Positions 20,101 to 28,978 are shown, counted from the stretch's first letter. The stretch is 64,000 nucleotides of DNA from Candidatus Saccharimonadota bacterium (GCA_009783305.1 WRHJ01000002.1:87097-151096), one strand, 5' to 3'. Notes: generated by a model from the letters alone, not told the origin. Made by a program: numbers and translations.

Positions 20101-23100
20101 TACACCTTTGAAGTCACCGTATACGCCAACGAAATGACAATCTTCGGCCCAGATTTCGTAGCATTAGACGACATATGGGATTATTACCGATTCGGACTTT
20201 CTCTCAACGGACCATACGAAGGTACGGTTACCTTCTCGCTATGGCAGATTAACGGCGCAATCGAGACCCCTCTGTTGCCTGACAGCTTCCCAATGACCGG
20301 CGACAATATCATAGACAACGAAGACGGCACCTACTCTTGCGCCGTAACTCTCGCTATGTATGACGAACCGACCAATACCACCACAGCCTGTATGGCTGAT
20401 AACGGCGGCGTCGGTACCGAGTTCGAAGGCTTTAACTATTTCGAAATTCGTGCCACCTCAGGCTCTTACATCCCCGATGTCGATAAAACCGTAGGTATTA
20501 TTGCCGGAACCGTATATGATCTTAGCAGCGGTTGGCCGCCAGACATGGTCCATGCCGGATACGACGTTCTATATGATGGTACAGACGCCACCACTGATAC
20601 TATTGTCGTAACGATTGGTACGCCAGTTAATTTCGTGATGCAACCCAACGCCTTATTTGCCGGCACCTACTCTGTCGATATTAGTGGGGCAACTGGCGCC
20701 GCCAGTCCGGATACTGTTGCAGTTACTGCTAGCGAATGGCCAGCGACCAACGATCAGACCCTGCAAACCAGAAATCTCGTCTTTACTCCCACCGCCACCG
20801 GCTACATGACCCTGACCTTTGATGCTCACCGTGACGGCACCAGTGCGCCCAATGATCCCCAAGATTTTGGCACCAAGACCGTAGAGCTCCTAGTGCTAGC
20901 AAACACCGCCTCAATCACTGGTCCATCTTCGGTCACGCACGGCAGCGATGATTTATTCACTTTGATAGTTGATGGACCATTTATCGGCACATTCTACATT
21001 GACGAATCAATCACCCCCAGCCACCTCAGCCCCTCCTCCTGCACCTTTGATCTAAACGATTATGACGAGCCCAGTAACACTACTTCTTGCGTTTTCGACC
21101 TTGCATCATACTTTGATGACGAATATGCAAACTTTGTCGAAGTGTTTGCCGTCTCTGGGTCAATCAGTGCAACCAAGACTGTCGACATCATAGCCGATGG
21201 CTACTCTGTGACAAATAGTTACACAACGGACCCCACCGAAACCTACTTCAACGCCAAGATTAATAATCCCATTATCTTTACAATCACGCCAAACGCCAAA
21301 CACGAAGGCGAGTTCATCATCTCTCAGAGTCCAGTTTCTGGCACCCTCATCGGCTCACCTATAGCGTATACGTTTGACGAATTCGCTGACTTGGATCAAA
21401 GAACTCCGCTGCCTAAAACCTTTACCTACACACCAACTAAATTCGGCACGGTTGTCCTCACTATCGATACTGATCTTGGTCCGCAAGATATCACACTCAA
21501 TATCTTCGATTGGCCAGTCATCGGCGGCCCCGATACTATAGTAAAAGGCCAAACTAGCGGCGAATATACTCTTTCTGTCATGGGCGCATTTGATGGTCCA
21601 ATCGACCTAACCATCTGGGATGCGATTACCGAAACACAAATTACGACTGCGACTATCATTTCCAATACTAACGGCAGGATAGACGACACAAACAATAATT
21701 GTGACTTTGCCCCATCTGATATAGACTCCGAAACAGGCATTACTACATGTACTTTCACATTTGAATTACCCCCTTCATTTACGGGCAACTACATAGAAAT
21801 CCACTCGGATGATCCCAATGTAGCAATCAGCGGTCTGGTAGCTGACGCTCACGGTGTAGCCGTCATAGCAAATGATTTCGCCGTTACTCCAAGCTCGGTG
21901 TTAAATGCCACCATTAACCAACCTCTTACCTTTACCATCACGCCAAATGCCTTATACGACGGCACATTTACCCTCCACGCCCCAGCCGGCGGTCCATTTA
22001 GCGAGCCTTCCATCTCTTTCACGCCAGCCGATTGGCCAGATGATCAATCTGCTATGGATGGAAAAGAATTTACCTACACTCCACAACACCACGGCCAAAA
22101 CAACATTGAAGTTTGCAGCACGGACCTTGGTTGTCAGACTATCAATATCCTAGTTCTGGCCGACGACATGAGTATTACCGGCAGCTCTGCTATCCAGCTC
22201 AATAACACTTCAATGACCGGCAGCTACACCCTGACTATTCCTGGTCCCTACGAAGGCACCGTAGAATTTACCGTTACCGATAATGCCACTGGCGCACCCA
22301 TTTCGCCCCTATTATTCAGCAACGACGGCTACTGTACCTTCACCACTGACGACTTCGAAGACATAACGCCAGGTTCTACAGTGTGCTCGTTTACCGTAGA
22401 TTTTCCGGCACCACTCACACCGACCAAGTGGGTTAAAATTACCGCTACCACTGCAGACGGCGACAAAGAACTTACTACTGCCAACACTCTCACAGCTATC
22501 ACTGCAAATGATTACGCTCTATCTCCTAGTACCAGTCAAACTGTAACTGTAGGCCAATATGTCACATTTACCATTACGCCAAATGCAATCGCTACAAGTT
22601 CATTTGGAATTAGCACAAACGGTGCCTCCACCCTGAGCACTGCCGCAGTCGGTTTTGCCATGATTGACTATCCTAATACGAGTAATGCAGACGTCAGCAA
22701 AACTTTCCGAGTCACCACTACCACTCCTGGCATCGAAACCATCACCGTTACTAGTCCGCTAGGCACAAAGACTATCCAAATTACAACTTTGGCATCCGAG
22801 ATCGGTATTACTGGACCGGATAGAATCAAACAGGGCACTACCAGTAGTCCTTTCACCCTAACAATTAACGGTCCATACGACGGTACAGCTACCATCTCGA
22901 CCTACTTGCCAGTAGCAGGCGGCAGTACTAGCACGCCAGTTCCGGGCATCACAACATCCATCAGTTCCTGCACATTTGATATCGCAACACACTACAATGC
23001 AGTAACAAATACCACCAGTTGCTCCTTTACGGTATCAGTACCGCTAGCATACGCTCTGGCCAATTACGTAGGCATAACCGCATCAGCTCCAGGATTGACC

Positions 23101-24216
23101 GGCGACCCAATTGTAGCGATTACAGCTGATAGCTTTACCTTAGCACCAACCCCAACGACAACTGGCCAGGTTGGCACGCCAATTACCTTCACTATAACGC
23201 CAAATGGTTTGTTTGAAGGCACATTTAACCTAAGCGATGGCGGTGCCGGCGGAACATTTAGCCCAACCAGCATGGTATACAACTCTTCAAGTTGGCCGGC
23301 CGTAACAGATCACACCTTGCCAACTGGACGAACCTTCACCTATACGCCAGCAGTACCAGGCATCGTTACTATCACAGTCAGCGACGCAGACGCCACAGCA
23401 GCCGGAATCGGCAACCAACAGACCATCATTACGGTTATGGCAAATGGCGGCGTTTTCGCCGGCGGTACAATGATTGAACCAGGCGACAGCGACACATATA
23501 CCCTAACAGTAAACGGCCCGTATGTAGGTGACGTGAATTTGGATTTGTATCGACCAGGTGGCGGTGGCACAGATTTGACCGATGCTGGGACGTTCAGCAA
23601 TAGCGGTGTATGCTCCTTCACTCTTGCAACCTATAATTCTGTGGCTAACACTACTACCTGCACGTTCACGGTCACTTTCCCAGACGAGGGCGATTTAATG
23701 GACGCCTTTGGCGGCACCAACTGGATACGAATCAGAGCCAGTGGCGCCACCGGTGTACTCATACCGCCCCTCACGATTGGCGTAACAGCAACTAGCTTTG
23801 ATGTTGAACTAGAAACAGATCCTCCAGTGGTCGGTGAGCCAATCACCTTCAACATCACTCCAAATGGCCTATCAGAAGAAACATTTATTGTAACTGACGA
23901 AAATGGCATCGAGGTTGACCGAGTCACATTTGTGCCAGGCGACTGGCCGGCCAGTCCAGATCAAAGCCGCTATAGTCGGCCATTCCAGTTCACATCAGAT
24001 CGCGGCGGCAATAGGGAACTAACAGTCTGTAATACCGACACAGATGTTTGCGAAACAATCAGATTCACAGTTCTAGATGAAGCACCGGATCCACCCGACA
24101 CAGGCTTCTTTAGCACAGGAGAAGCATCTTTTGTGGTTGCTAGCACCAGCGGACTGCTAATCGCAGGTGTTTCAACCTTCCTATTCCTCGCCCGTCGCCG
24201 TCGTCGCCAGAAATAA
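17116..24216 (+). CDS. Giant surface protein 2 (2,366 aa): TM anchor, IPT-nested glycine-rich domain, one supermodule, about 6-7 tandem di-modules, C-terminal PPDTG + TM + RRRRRQK
   Basis: Uninterrupted 7.1-kb ORF with an SD (TGGAG). Its N-terminal ~1,100 aa are paralogous to giant 1. The C-terminus looks like a sortase sorting signal. Confidence 0.85.
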   Translation: MHIKHKRLFAISPRRLKFLGTFLTLAILLFIIIRVLAASIISVTPNTGPSTGGTNVIITGTGFTDYTPSVPINFPYTGSCQPYTVPANGSYQLETWGAQGGTAGPFAGGRGGYSTGIVSLTAGTTLYICVGGQGTTSSRTTSAPWPGGFNGGGGSARSNNGNGKATGSGGGGTDIRIGANSLFARVIVAGGGGGAADQQFGAIPGAAGGGLSGITSPNPGVVGSDSPGQGGTQTAGGNNGIACSGGGSFGAGGIPCGIGVTDRSGGGGGWFGGGTGVTGGGGSGFVYTQASDVSSATIGGTYLLNGSYYLSSAQTIDGATSAPSSTVPGGNQAGQLGNGFARITRLPYDVTIDGAGCDNIVIVNDNQITCTVPAHSAGPADVVVTIDQSVSTLTNGYTYTDELTISGPDKIVSRSGAEYDISLEYPYTGTVTLDDGGLGGTWTGPNVINGNQIQFNHNALIHVIYVPPTGFGGDITLTANSGVSYVEDASKDVSLAAGSYLLTCFDDESNPTSQPFIIPGTTLDCEVTLDGPYEGTITLADIVSGTGNSRLGGAFASLDMRFDNDVFTTTFADTDDESGQTLAFTYTSPTWGQIMGEDGGYTGITYDSLDPANRQNVFWPTLTATSSPVLTSSQNAIRIGLLAQAYTIESTDTPAIDAPGSNGCLNCRARFTISTYGAPYFGEITVTSEYIPAGETTPVTGGGLFDDGQTSVTYPFFGDGARRPFAFTPSEIGEFTITGVSDLPAIADDEITFDVLNSHISIVCDPIYLTRGQTTDCTLRLIVTDSDVPGIEIDMQDIFMYGSIENNGNGVFNDTSNDSGNPTSTLSGNVFSFCGGSSNPQTTGESCDDPSETYIRTFTYTLPIDTDFHFAEVRIQGSSEDYIPAETSWQILGIMPDTMTISCTEAYPTCQTSRVGFNQLLNIEPNGKFVGKVQLSDDDGGVFGGSGSGDIIEWDYSGYSKDFDYAPVSPGIKTITATVIEVDDSLPIGIQVGDEYTFEVTVYANEMTIFGPDFVALDDIWDYYRFGLSLNGPYEGTVTFSLWQINGAIETPLLPDSFPMTGDNIIDNEDGTYSCAVTLAMYDEPTNTTTACMADNGGVGTEFEGFNYFEIRATSGSYIPDVDKTVGIIAGTVYDLSSGWPPDMVHAGYDVLYDGTDATTDTIVVTIGTPVNFVMQPNALFAGTYSVDISGATGAASPDTVAVTASEWPATNDQTLQTRNLVFTPTATGYMTLTFDAHRDGTSAPNDPQDFGTKTVELLVLANTASITGPSSVTHGSDDLFTLIVDGPFIGTFYIDESITPSHLSPSSCTFDLNDYDEPSNTTSCVFDLASYFDDEYANFVEVFAVSGSISATKTVDIIADGYSVTNSYTTDPTETYFNAKINNPIIFTITPNAKHEGEFIISQSPVSGTLIGSPIAYTFDEFADLDQRTPLPKTFTYTPTKFGTVVLTIDTDLGPQDITLNIFDWPVIGGPDTIVKGQTSGEYTLSVMGAFDGPIDLTIWDAITETQITTATIISNTNGRIDDTNNNCDFAPSDIDSETGITTCTFTFELPPSFTGNYIEIHSDDPNVAISGLVADAHGVAVIANDFAVTPSSVLNATINQPLTFTITPNALYDGTFTLHAPAGGPFSEPSISFTPADWPDDQSAMDGKEFTYTPQHHGQNNIEVCSTDLGCQTINILVLADDMSITGSSAIQLNNTSMTGSYTLTIPGPYEGTVEFTVTDNATGAPISPLLFSNDGYCTFTTDDFEDITPGSTVCSFTVDFPAPLTPTKWVKITATTADGDKELTTANTLTAITANDYALSPSTSQTVTVGQYVTFTITPNAIATSSFGISTNGASTLSTAAVGFAMIDYPNTSNADVSKTFRVTTTTPGIETITVTSPLGTKTIQITTLASEIGITGPDRIKQGTTSSPFTLTINGPYDGTATISTYLPVAGGSTSTPVPGITTSISSCTFDIATHYNAVTNTTSCSFTVSVPLAYALANYVGITASAPGLTGDPIVAITADSFTLAPTPTTTGQVGTPITFTITPNGLFEGTFNLSDGGAGGTFSPTSMVYNSSSWPAVTDHTLPTGRTFTYTPAVPGIVTITVSDADATAAGIGNQQTIITVMANGGVFAGGTMIEPGDSDTYTLTVNGPYVGDVNLDLYRPGGGGTDLTDAGTFSNSGVCSFTLATYNSVANTTTCTFTVTFPDEGDLMDAFGGTNWIRIRASGATGVLIPPLTIGVTATSFDVELETDPPVVGEPITFNITPNGLSEETFIVTDENGIEVDRVTFVPGDWPASPDQSRYSRPFQFTSDRGGNRELTVCNTDTDVCETIRFTVLDEAPDPPDTGFFSTGEASFVVASTSGLLIAGVSTFLFLARRRRRQK
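17329..18153 (+). other. Glycine-rich domain (ALK/LTK-type Gly_rich family) of giant 2
   Basis: YTVPANGSYQLETWGAQGG...GGRGGYS...LYICVGGQG...GGGGTDIRIG...VIVAGGGGGA...GNGFARITRL. Confidence 0.6.
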
Positions 24217-24220
24217 ACAT

Positions 24221-24250
24221 AAAAAAATGAGCCATTTGGCTCATTTTTTT
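24221..24250. terminator. Bidirectional intrinsic terminator
   Basis: A-run, then ATGAGCCA-tt-TGGCTCAT hairpin, then T-run. It sits between giant 2 and tRNA-Asn. Confidence 0.7.
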
Positions 24251-24251
24251 A

Positions 24252-24326
24252 TGGCTCCCCGGACTGGACTCGAACCAGTAACCTCGAAGTTAACAGCTTC
24301 TTGCTCCACCATTGAGCTACCGGGGA
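24252..24326 (-). tRNA. tRNA-Asn (GTT)
   Basis: The reverse complement folds as a cloverleaf. Acceptor TCCCCGG/CCGGGGA, anticodon loop CTGTTAA, T-loop TTCGAGT, encoded CCA. Confidence 0.9.
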
Positions 24327-24343
24327 TTACACCGCCTATCTTA

Positions 24344-25024
24344 CTATTTTACTGACGATTCGTCAATTACCGCTACAATCGCAAATCTATCTCGTTTATC
24401 CCCCTGGCTATGTGAAAAATAATGTTCATGCGTCGTCGTATCCACATCCGACATCTGGGTATTCATCTCGTCTACCCCGGCTCGCATCAACTGTTCTATT
24501 ACGGCCTCCTGCAAACTAATCCCGCCCAGATCATATATCGGGTAATTGCCCTTTCCAGCTGACGGACTTAACCAAGCCAACACATCCTCTGGTTTTGTCC
24601 CCGCCGCTTCCATCATATATTGTACTGCCTTATACGCCCCATCCTGTAGTACCGTATGCCGTCCGCAATGCACCACCATTATAGCTGCGTTGCGTTTATC
24701 GTATAACACCATGCCCAAACAGTCCGCCAAAGGTAAAAATAGCCCTACGCCTTTCCGTGTCGTCAATAGCCCATCGCACCGCTTCACTTTCCCACCCAGC
24801 CACAGTCCATTTTCTTCATCTGCTTCCATAAATTGACAAAAATCATCTGTATCAAAACTAACCCGCACAAAATATGTTGATTTATTATTCAGCCCCATCG
24901 CCCCCAAAAATCGCTGCCGGCTAAGCTCAGTCTGAACCATATCATCGGGGTCAATCACCTTCATATTACCATCTGTCTTATCGCTCAGCCCCACCCTAAT
25001 TCCGTCCATCGCCAATATTTTCAT
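24344..25024 (-). CDS. pgeF: YfiH/PgeF family protein (purine nucleoside phosphorylase / peptidoglycan editing factor, DUF152)
   Basis: LADCLGMVLYD...VVHCGRH motif pattern and ~226 aa size. Confidence 0.75.
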   Translation of the reverse strand: MKILAMDGIRVGLSDKTDGNMKVIDPDDMVQTELSRQRFLGAMGLNNKSTYFVRVSFDTDDFCQFMEADEENGLWLGGKVKRCDGLLTTRKGVGLFLPLADCLGMVLYDKRNAAIMVVHCGRHTVLQDGAYKAVQYMMEAAGTKPEDVLAWLSPSAGKGNYPIYDLGGISLQEAVIEQLMRAGVDEMNTQMSDVDTTTHEHYFSHSQGDKRDRFAIVAVIDESSVK

Positions 25025-25064
25025 CCTCTTATGTTACAATATATACACTAACGGAGGAAATTTT

Positions 25065-26888
25065 ATGTGTGGAATTGTAGGATACATCGGGGATAAACGC
25101 CAAGCTCAGGATGTGCTGCTCAGCGGTCTCAAACGCCTAGAATATCGTGGTTATGACTCATCCGGCATCGTAACGCTTGATGATAGCCATCAGCCTCATC
25201 TCGCCCGGGCCGTCGGCAAAATTTCTGCTCTCGAAGATGTATTAGCCGCCAAGCCGCAAGCCGGACACGTCGGCATCGGTCACACTCGCTGGGCCACCCA
25301 CGGCGGCGTCACCGAGAAAAACGCCCACCCGCATCGCGCAGGCGATATCTTCTTGGTCCATAACGGCATCATCGAAAACTACAAAGAGCTCAAGGCCAAA
25401 CTCAAAGATCACGAATTCACTTCTGACACTGACACCGAAGTCTTAGCTGCCCTCATCGACAGCCATTACACAAAGGGAACCAGCCTTAAAGACGCTGTCG
25501 CTGAAGCTCTCAAACAGGTTCGCGGCACTTACGGCATTGGCGTACTATCTTCCCGTGAACCCGATACCATCGTCGTAGCTCGGCTTGGTTCACCACTCAT
25601 CATCGGTCTAGGCAAAACTGAAACCATTATCGCGTCCGACGCCTCCGCTTTGCTTGGCTATACTCGCGAAGCTATTTACCTCAACGACGGCGAAATTGCT
25701 GTTTGTACGGCCGACAATGTTGACGTTTACAACCTCAATCTCAAACCGCAGAGTCATTCTCCGGAACAAATCGAAGGCGACCTTGAGCAAATCCAAAAGC
25801 ACGGCTACCCCCACTTCCTACTTAAAGAAATCATGGAGCAGTCCCAGACTCTCAACAATACGCTAAGCGGCCGTATCAACCTCAAAAACGGCACCATGCA
25901 TCTTGGCGGTCCCAACCTCACTAACAAAGAGATGCAAGATATTCGCCATATCGTCATCGTCGGTTGCGGCACTGCCTATTACGCCGGCCTGCTCGCCTCT
26001 TATTATCTCGAACAACTCATCCCGAATCTTACCGTCGAAGTCGTCATTGCCTCTGAATATCGTTATCGTTCCTTCCACATCCCCAAACACTCTGTTGCCC
26101 TCATCGTCTCCCAATCTGGCGAAACTGCCGATACCCTAGCCTGTCTGCGTGAGATCAAAAAGCGCGGCATCAAGACTCTTGGCATCATTAACGTCGTTGG
26201 CTCTACTATTGCTCGTGAAGTCGATGGCGGGACCTACGTCCACGCCGGTCCCGAAATCTCTGTTGCCTCTACCAAAGCCTTTACCGCCCAAGTAGTGGCC
26301 ATGTTGCTCTTTGGCGGCATGATCGCCGGATATCAAGGAGGTAATCCCCAACTAATCGCCGAACTAGTCAAAGAACTCGACATCTTACCTAAAGAAATTG
26401 AAACTACCCTTGAAACCCACGCCGAAGCCATCAAACAACTTGCCGAAAAATACGCCAAGTACGATGACGCTCTCTATCTTGGCCGCGATACTGCCTATCC
26501 CATCTCCCTTGAAGGTGCTCTCAAGCTCAAGGAGATTTCCTACATCCATGCCGAAGGCTATGCTAGTGGCGAGCTAAAACATGGTCCCATCGCTCTCGTT
26601 GACGACACCACTTTTGAAGTTTTCAACATCATTGACAATTGGCTCTTCGACAAGTCCATCGGCGGCCTCGCCGAAGTCCGCGCCCGTGGCGGCAAAGCTC
26701 TCGTCCTCACCGACAGTAAAAAAGACATCGAGTGCGACGACATTGTCCGCATCGACACCAAAATCAAGCATCTCGTACCGTTGCTCCTCAACACTCTCCA
26801 ACAACTCTTTGCTTATCACGTTGCTGTCGCTCGCGGTAATGACGTTGACCAACCGCGCAATCTAGCCAAAAGCGTCACTGTTGAGTAA
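25065..26888 (+). CDS. glmS: Glutamine--fructose-6-phosphate aminotransferase
   Basis: MCGIVGY N-terminal nucleophile, two SIS domains, C-terminal ...KSVTVE, 607 aa. Confidence 0.97.
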   Translation: MCGIVGYIGDKRQAQDVLLSGLKRLEYRGYDSSGIVTLDDSHQPHLARAVGKISALEDVLAAKPQAGHVGIGHTRWATHGGVTEKNAHPHRAGDIFLVHNGIIENYKELKAKLKDHEFTSDTDTEVLAALIDSHYTKGTSLKDAVAEALKQVRGTYGIGVLSSREPDTIVVARLGSPLIIGLGKTETIIASDASALLGYTREAIYLNDGEIAVCTADNVDVYNLNLKPQSHSPEQIEGDLEQIQKHGYPHFLLKEIMEQSQTLNNTLSGRINLKNGTMHLGGPNLTNKEMQDIRHIVIVGCGTAYYAGLLASYYLEQLIPNLTVEVVIASEYRYRSFHIPKHSVALIVSQSGETADTLACLREIKKRGIKTLGIINVVGSTIAREVDGGTYVHAGPEISVASTKAFTAQVVAMLLFGGMIAGYQGGNPQLIAELVKELDILPKEIETTLETHAEAIKQLAEKYAKYDDALYLGRDTAYPISLEGALKLKEISYIHAEGYASGELKHGPIALVDDTTFEVFNIIDNWLFDKSIGGLAEVRARGGKALVLTDSKKDIECDDIVRIDTKIKHLVPLLLNTLQQLFAYHVAVARGNDVDQPRNLAKSVTVE

Positions 26889-26897
26889 TATTAAAGC

Positions 26898-27257
26898 ATG
26901 AAGAAACTTCGCATCATCTCATTTATTATCACTATCAGCCTGGCTATGATAATTGTCGCCGGTGTTATTATCCAGATCTTTTCCGCCCGCCCGCTGCTCG
27001 ATATCACCTACGAGGTTATTGCCTTTATCTTCTCCGGTATTTGTGTTATCGTCGCCCTCCTCTCCCAAATTTCGGCCTATCGCGAACGCAAAGAATACTC
27101 CAGAATCATCCACGAACTCAACGAGGTTATTGCCGACACCGAAGAAGAAAAAGCTATCAATGAAGCCGCCAGCAAAAAGCTTGACGAACTTATTGCCCTC
27201 GATCACCGCATTTATGGCCGCATCACTGGCAAAACTAAACGAAAGGCTAAAAAATGA
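26898..27257 (+). CDS. Small membrane protein (2 TM + charged helix)
   Basis: ORF with hydrophobic N-terminal half. ATGA overlap with the downstream gene. Confidence 0.5.
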   Translation: MKKLRIISFIITISLAMIIVAGVIIQIFSARPLLDITYEVIAFIFSGICVIVALLSQISAYRERKEYSRIIHELNEVIADTEEEKAINEAASKKLDELIALDHRIYGRITGKTKRKAKK

Positions 27258-28432
27258 ACGATTTCCCTTATCTCAAAAAAGATGATGTTTATCTCGATGC
27301 CGCTTGCCAATCCCTCCGCCCTCAACCCGTTATTGACGCTCTCAATAGCTACTACACTGGCCATAATTCTTGCGGCGAACGCGTCAAGTACAAATGGGGA
27401 CGCATCACCGACGAAAAAGTCGAAGCTACTCGCGAAAAAGTCCTTAAATTTTTAAAACTCAAATCTAAAGATTACTTCGTCAGCTTCACTCTCAACACCA
27501 CTTACGGCATCAATCTTATCCTCGACCAGATCCGTCTCAGTTTTGTCAAAAAGGTCATGACTTCTGATATCGAACACAACTCGCCATTTCTTTCCACCAT
27601 CGCCTTTGCCCGCAAACATACCGCAGGCAACGTGCACATGGGCAGGGAAGTCATTGTCCGCAATCCCGACGGTTCTATCCCCATCGAGAAATACGACTTC
27701 ACCCGCGCCCTTGTGGTCGTCAACTGTGCCAGCAATGTCGACGGCCGCCAGCTGACCAACCTCTCGGCACTTGAAAAAGCCATCCACAAGGCCGGCGGTA
27801 TCCTCGTCATCGACGCCGCTCAAGCCATGGCCCACTCATCCGAAATTCTGCACAAAACCGACGCTGACGCTATCTGTTTTTCCGCCCACAAAATGTACGC
27901 GCCTTCCCTCGGCGTTATGGTCGTAAAAAAATCCATGCTCGAAAAAATCGACACCACCTTTATTGGCGGCGGCATGGTCGACGACGTCGATCTCGACACT
28001 TATCAGCTTTCCGCCAATTCCCCGCAACATATCTACACCAAATTCGAGTCCGGCCTCCAAGCCTGGGGCGAAATCGTCGCTTTCGGCGCCGCCATTGATT
28101 GGCTAGAACATCTGCCCAAATCTGCCCATCAAAACCTAATGAAATATTCCCAGCAATTATTCGATTTTCTATCGCAGAGCCCCAAAGTTCATCTCGTCAA
28201 TACTACCCCCAACCCCACCATGTCCTTTTACATCGAGGGCGTTGATTCTCACTTGCTCGGCGCCGCCCTCGCTGACGAAGGCATCATGGCCCGTACCGGT
28301 TATTTCTGTGTTCACTATTATCTAGACCATATCATGCATTACCCGCCTCTTATCCGCTTCGCTCTTGGCTACCACACTCGCCCCTCCGACATCGAAAAAA
28401 CCATAGCTGTTCTGAAAAAACTTTTGGCCTAA
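27254..28432 (+). CDS. Aminotransferase class V-fold PLP enzyme (cysteine desulfurase-like)
   Basis: VYLDAAC...ID(A)AQ...SAHKMY (PLP lysine context), ~390 aa. Confidence 0.75.
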   Translation: MNDFPYLKKDDVYLDAACQSLRPQPVIDALNSYYTGHNSCGERVKYKWGRITDEKVEATREKVLKFLKLKSKDYFVSFTLNTTYGINLILDQIRLSFVKKVMTSDIEHNSPFLSTIAFARKHTAGNVHMGREVIVRNPDGSIPIEKYDFTRALVVVNCASNVDGRQLTNLSALEKAIHKAGGILVIDAAQAMAHSSEILHKTDADAICFSAHKMYAPSLGVMVVKKSMLEKIDTTFIGGGMVDDVDLDTYQLSANSPQHIYTKFESGLQAWGEIVAFGAAIDWLEHLPKSAHQNLMKYSQQLFDFLSQSPKVHLVNTTPNPTMSFYIEGVDSHLLGAALADEGIMARTGYFCVHYYLDHIMHYPPLIRFALGYHTRPSDIEKTIAVLKKLLA

Positions 28433-28460
28433 AAAAGCCGAGCCTCAGCCCGGCTTTTTT
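28431..28460. terminator. Bidirectional intrinsic terminator
   Basis: AAAAAAGCCGAGCCTCAGCCCGGCTTTTTT. Confidence 0.7.
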
Positions 28461-28468
28461 ATGTCAAG

Positions 28469-28891
28469 CTATTTCTTGATAATCTTTATCCCGCCCAAAA
28501 TCGGTACTGGTTTCTCCTTGCCGCTCGCTGCATTAACAATGCCGATAATTGCGATCACTCCAATGCCAATACCGACTAGACTCACTAGCAGATTGACAAT
28601 CCCAATTATACCTAGACCGCCGCCCAGCATATTGCCTAGGCAAGACCAAGCATCTGGGCAGGCAATTGCCCAAACAATAGCATTGACGATCCAGCTCAAA
28701 AGACAGAAAGCTACCCATACTAAGAGCAGATTCATACCCTGAACAGCGTGGAAACGCACATATTTATTCTTTTTCTCCGAAAAATACGGGATTAAGGCCA
28801 AAATAGCAAAATAAGATAGAATCGCCATACCCTTTCCAGATTCAATCTCGCTTTGCTTAGTTTTATTACTTTTTTCGTCCGTTTTTTCCAT
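28469..28891 (-). CDS. DUF4870-like small membrane protein
   Basis: ILSYFAILALIPYFSEKKNKYVRFHAVQGMNLLL pattern plus Gly-rich TM segments. Confidence 0.55.
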   Translation of the reverse strand: MEKTDEKSNKTKQSEIESGKGMAILSYFAILALIPYFSEKKNKYVRFHAVQGMNLLLVWVAFCLLSWIVNAIVWAIACPDAWSCLGNMLGGGLGIIGIVNLLVSLVGIGIGVIAIIGIVNAASGKEKPVPILGGIKIIKK

Positions 28892-28966
28892 TTATACCTC
28901 CTTTTTCTTCCTCAATTCTATCACAATTCTGCTTAAGCAAGCTAAATAGGACCTTCGACAATGTGC

Positions 28967-28972
28967 TATGAT
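28967..28972 (+). promoter_or_regulatory. -10-like box 6 nt upstream of the ATG (leaderless candidate)
   Basis: TATGAT, 6 nt, then ATG at 28979. No SD. Confidence 0.35.
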
Positions 28973-28978
28973 TAAACC

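Noticed and set aside
9767-24216. Possible CRISPR array or satellite, suggested by the strong periodicity in the giant genes.
   Set aside because: The periodicity is at the protein-module level (about 620-650 nt and about 1.9 kb). There are no short identical direct repeats separated by unique spacers, and both regions are continuous ORFs.
24167-24355. 62-aa plus-strand ORF spanning the end of giant 2, the terminator and tRNA-Asn.
   Set aside because: It overlaps a well-formed tRNA gene and an intrinsic terminator, so it is an ORF-caller artefact.
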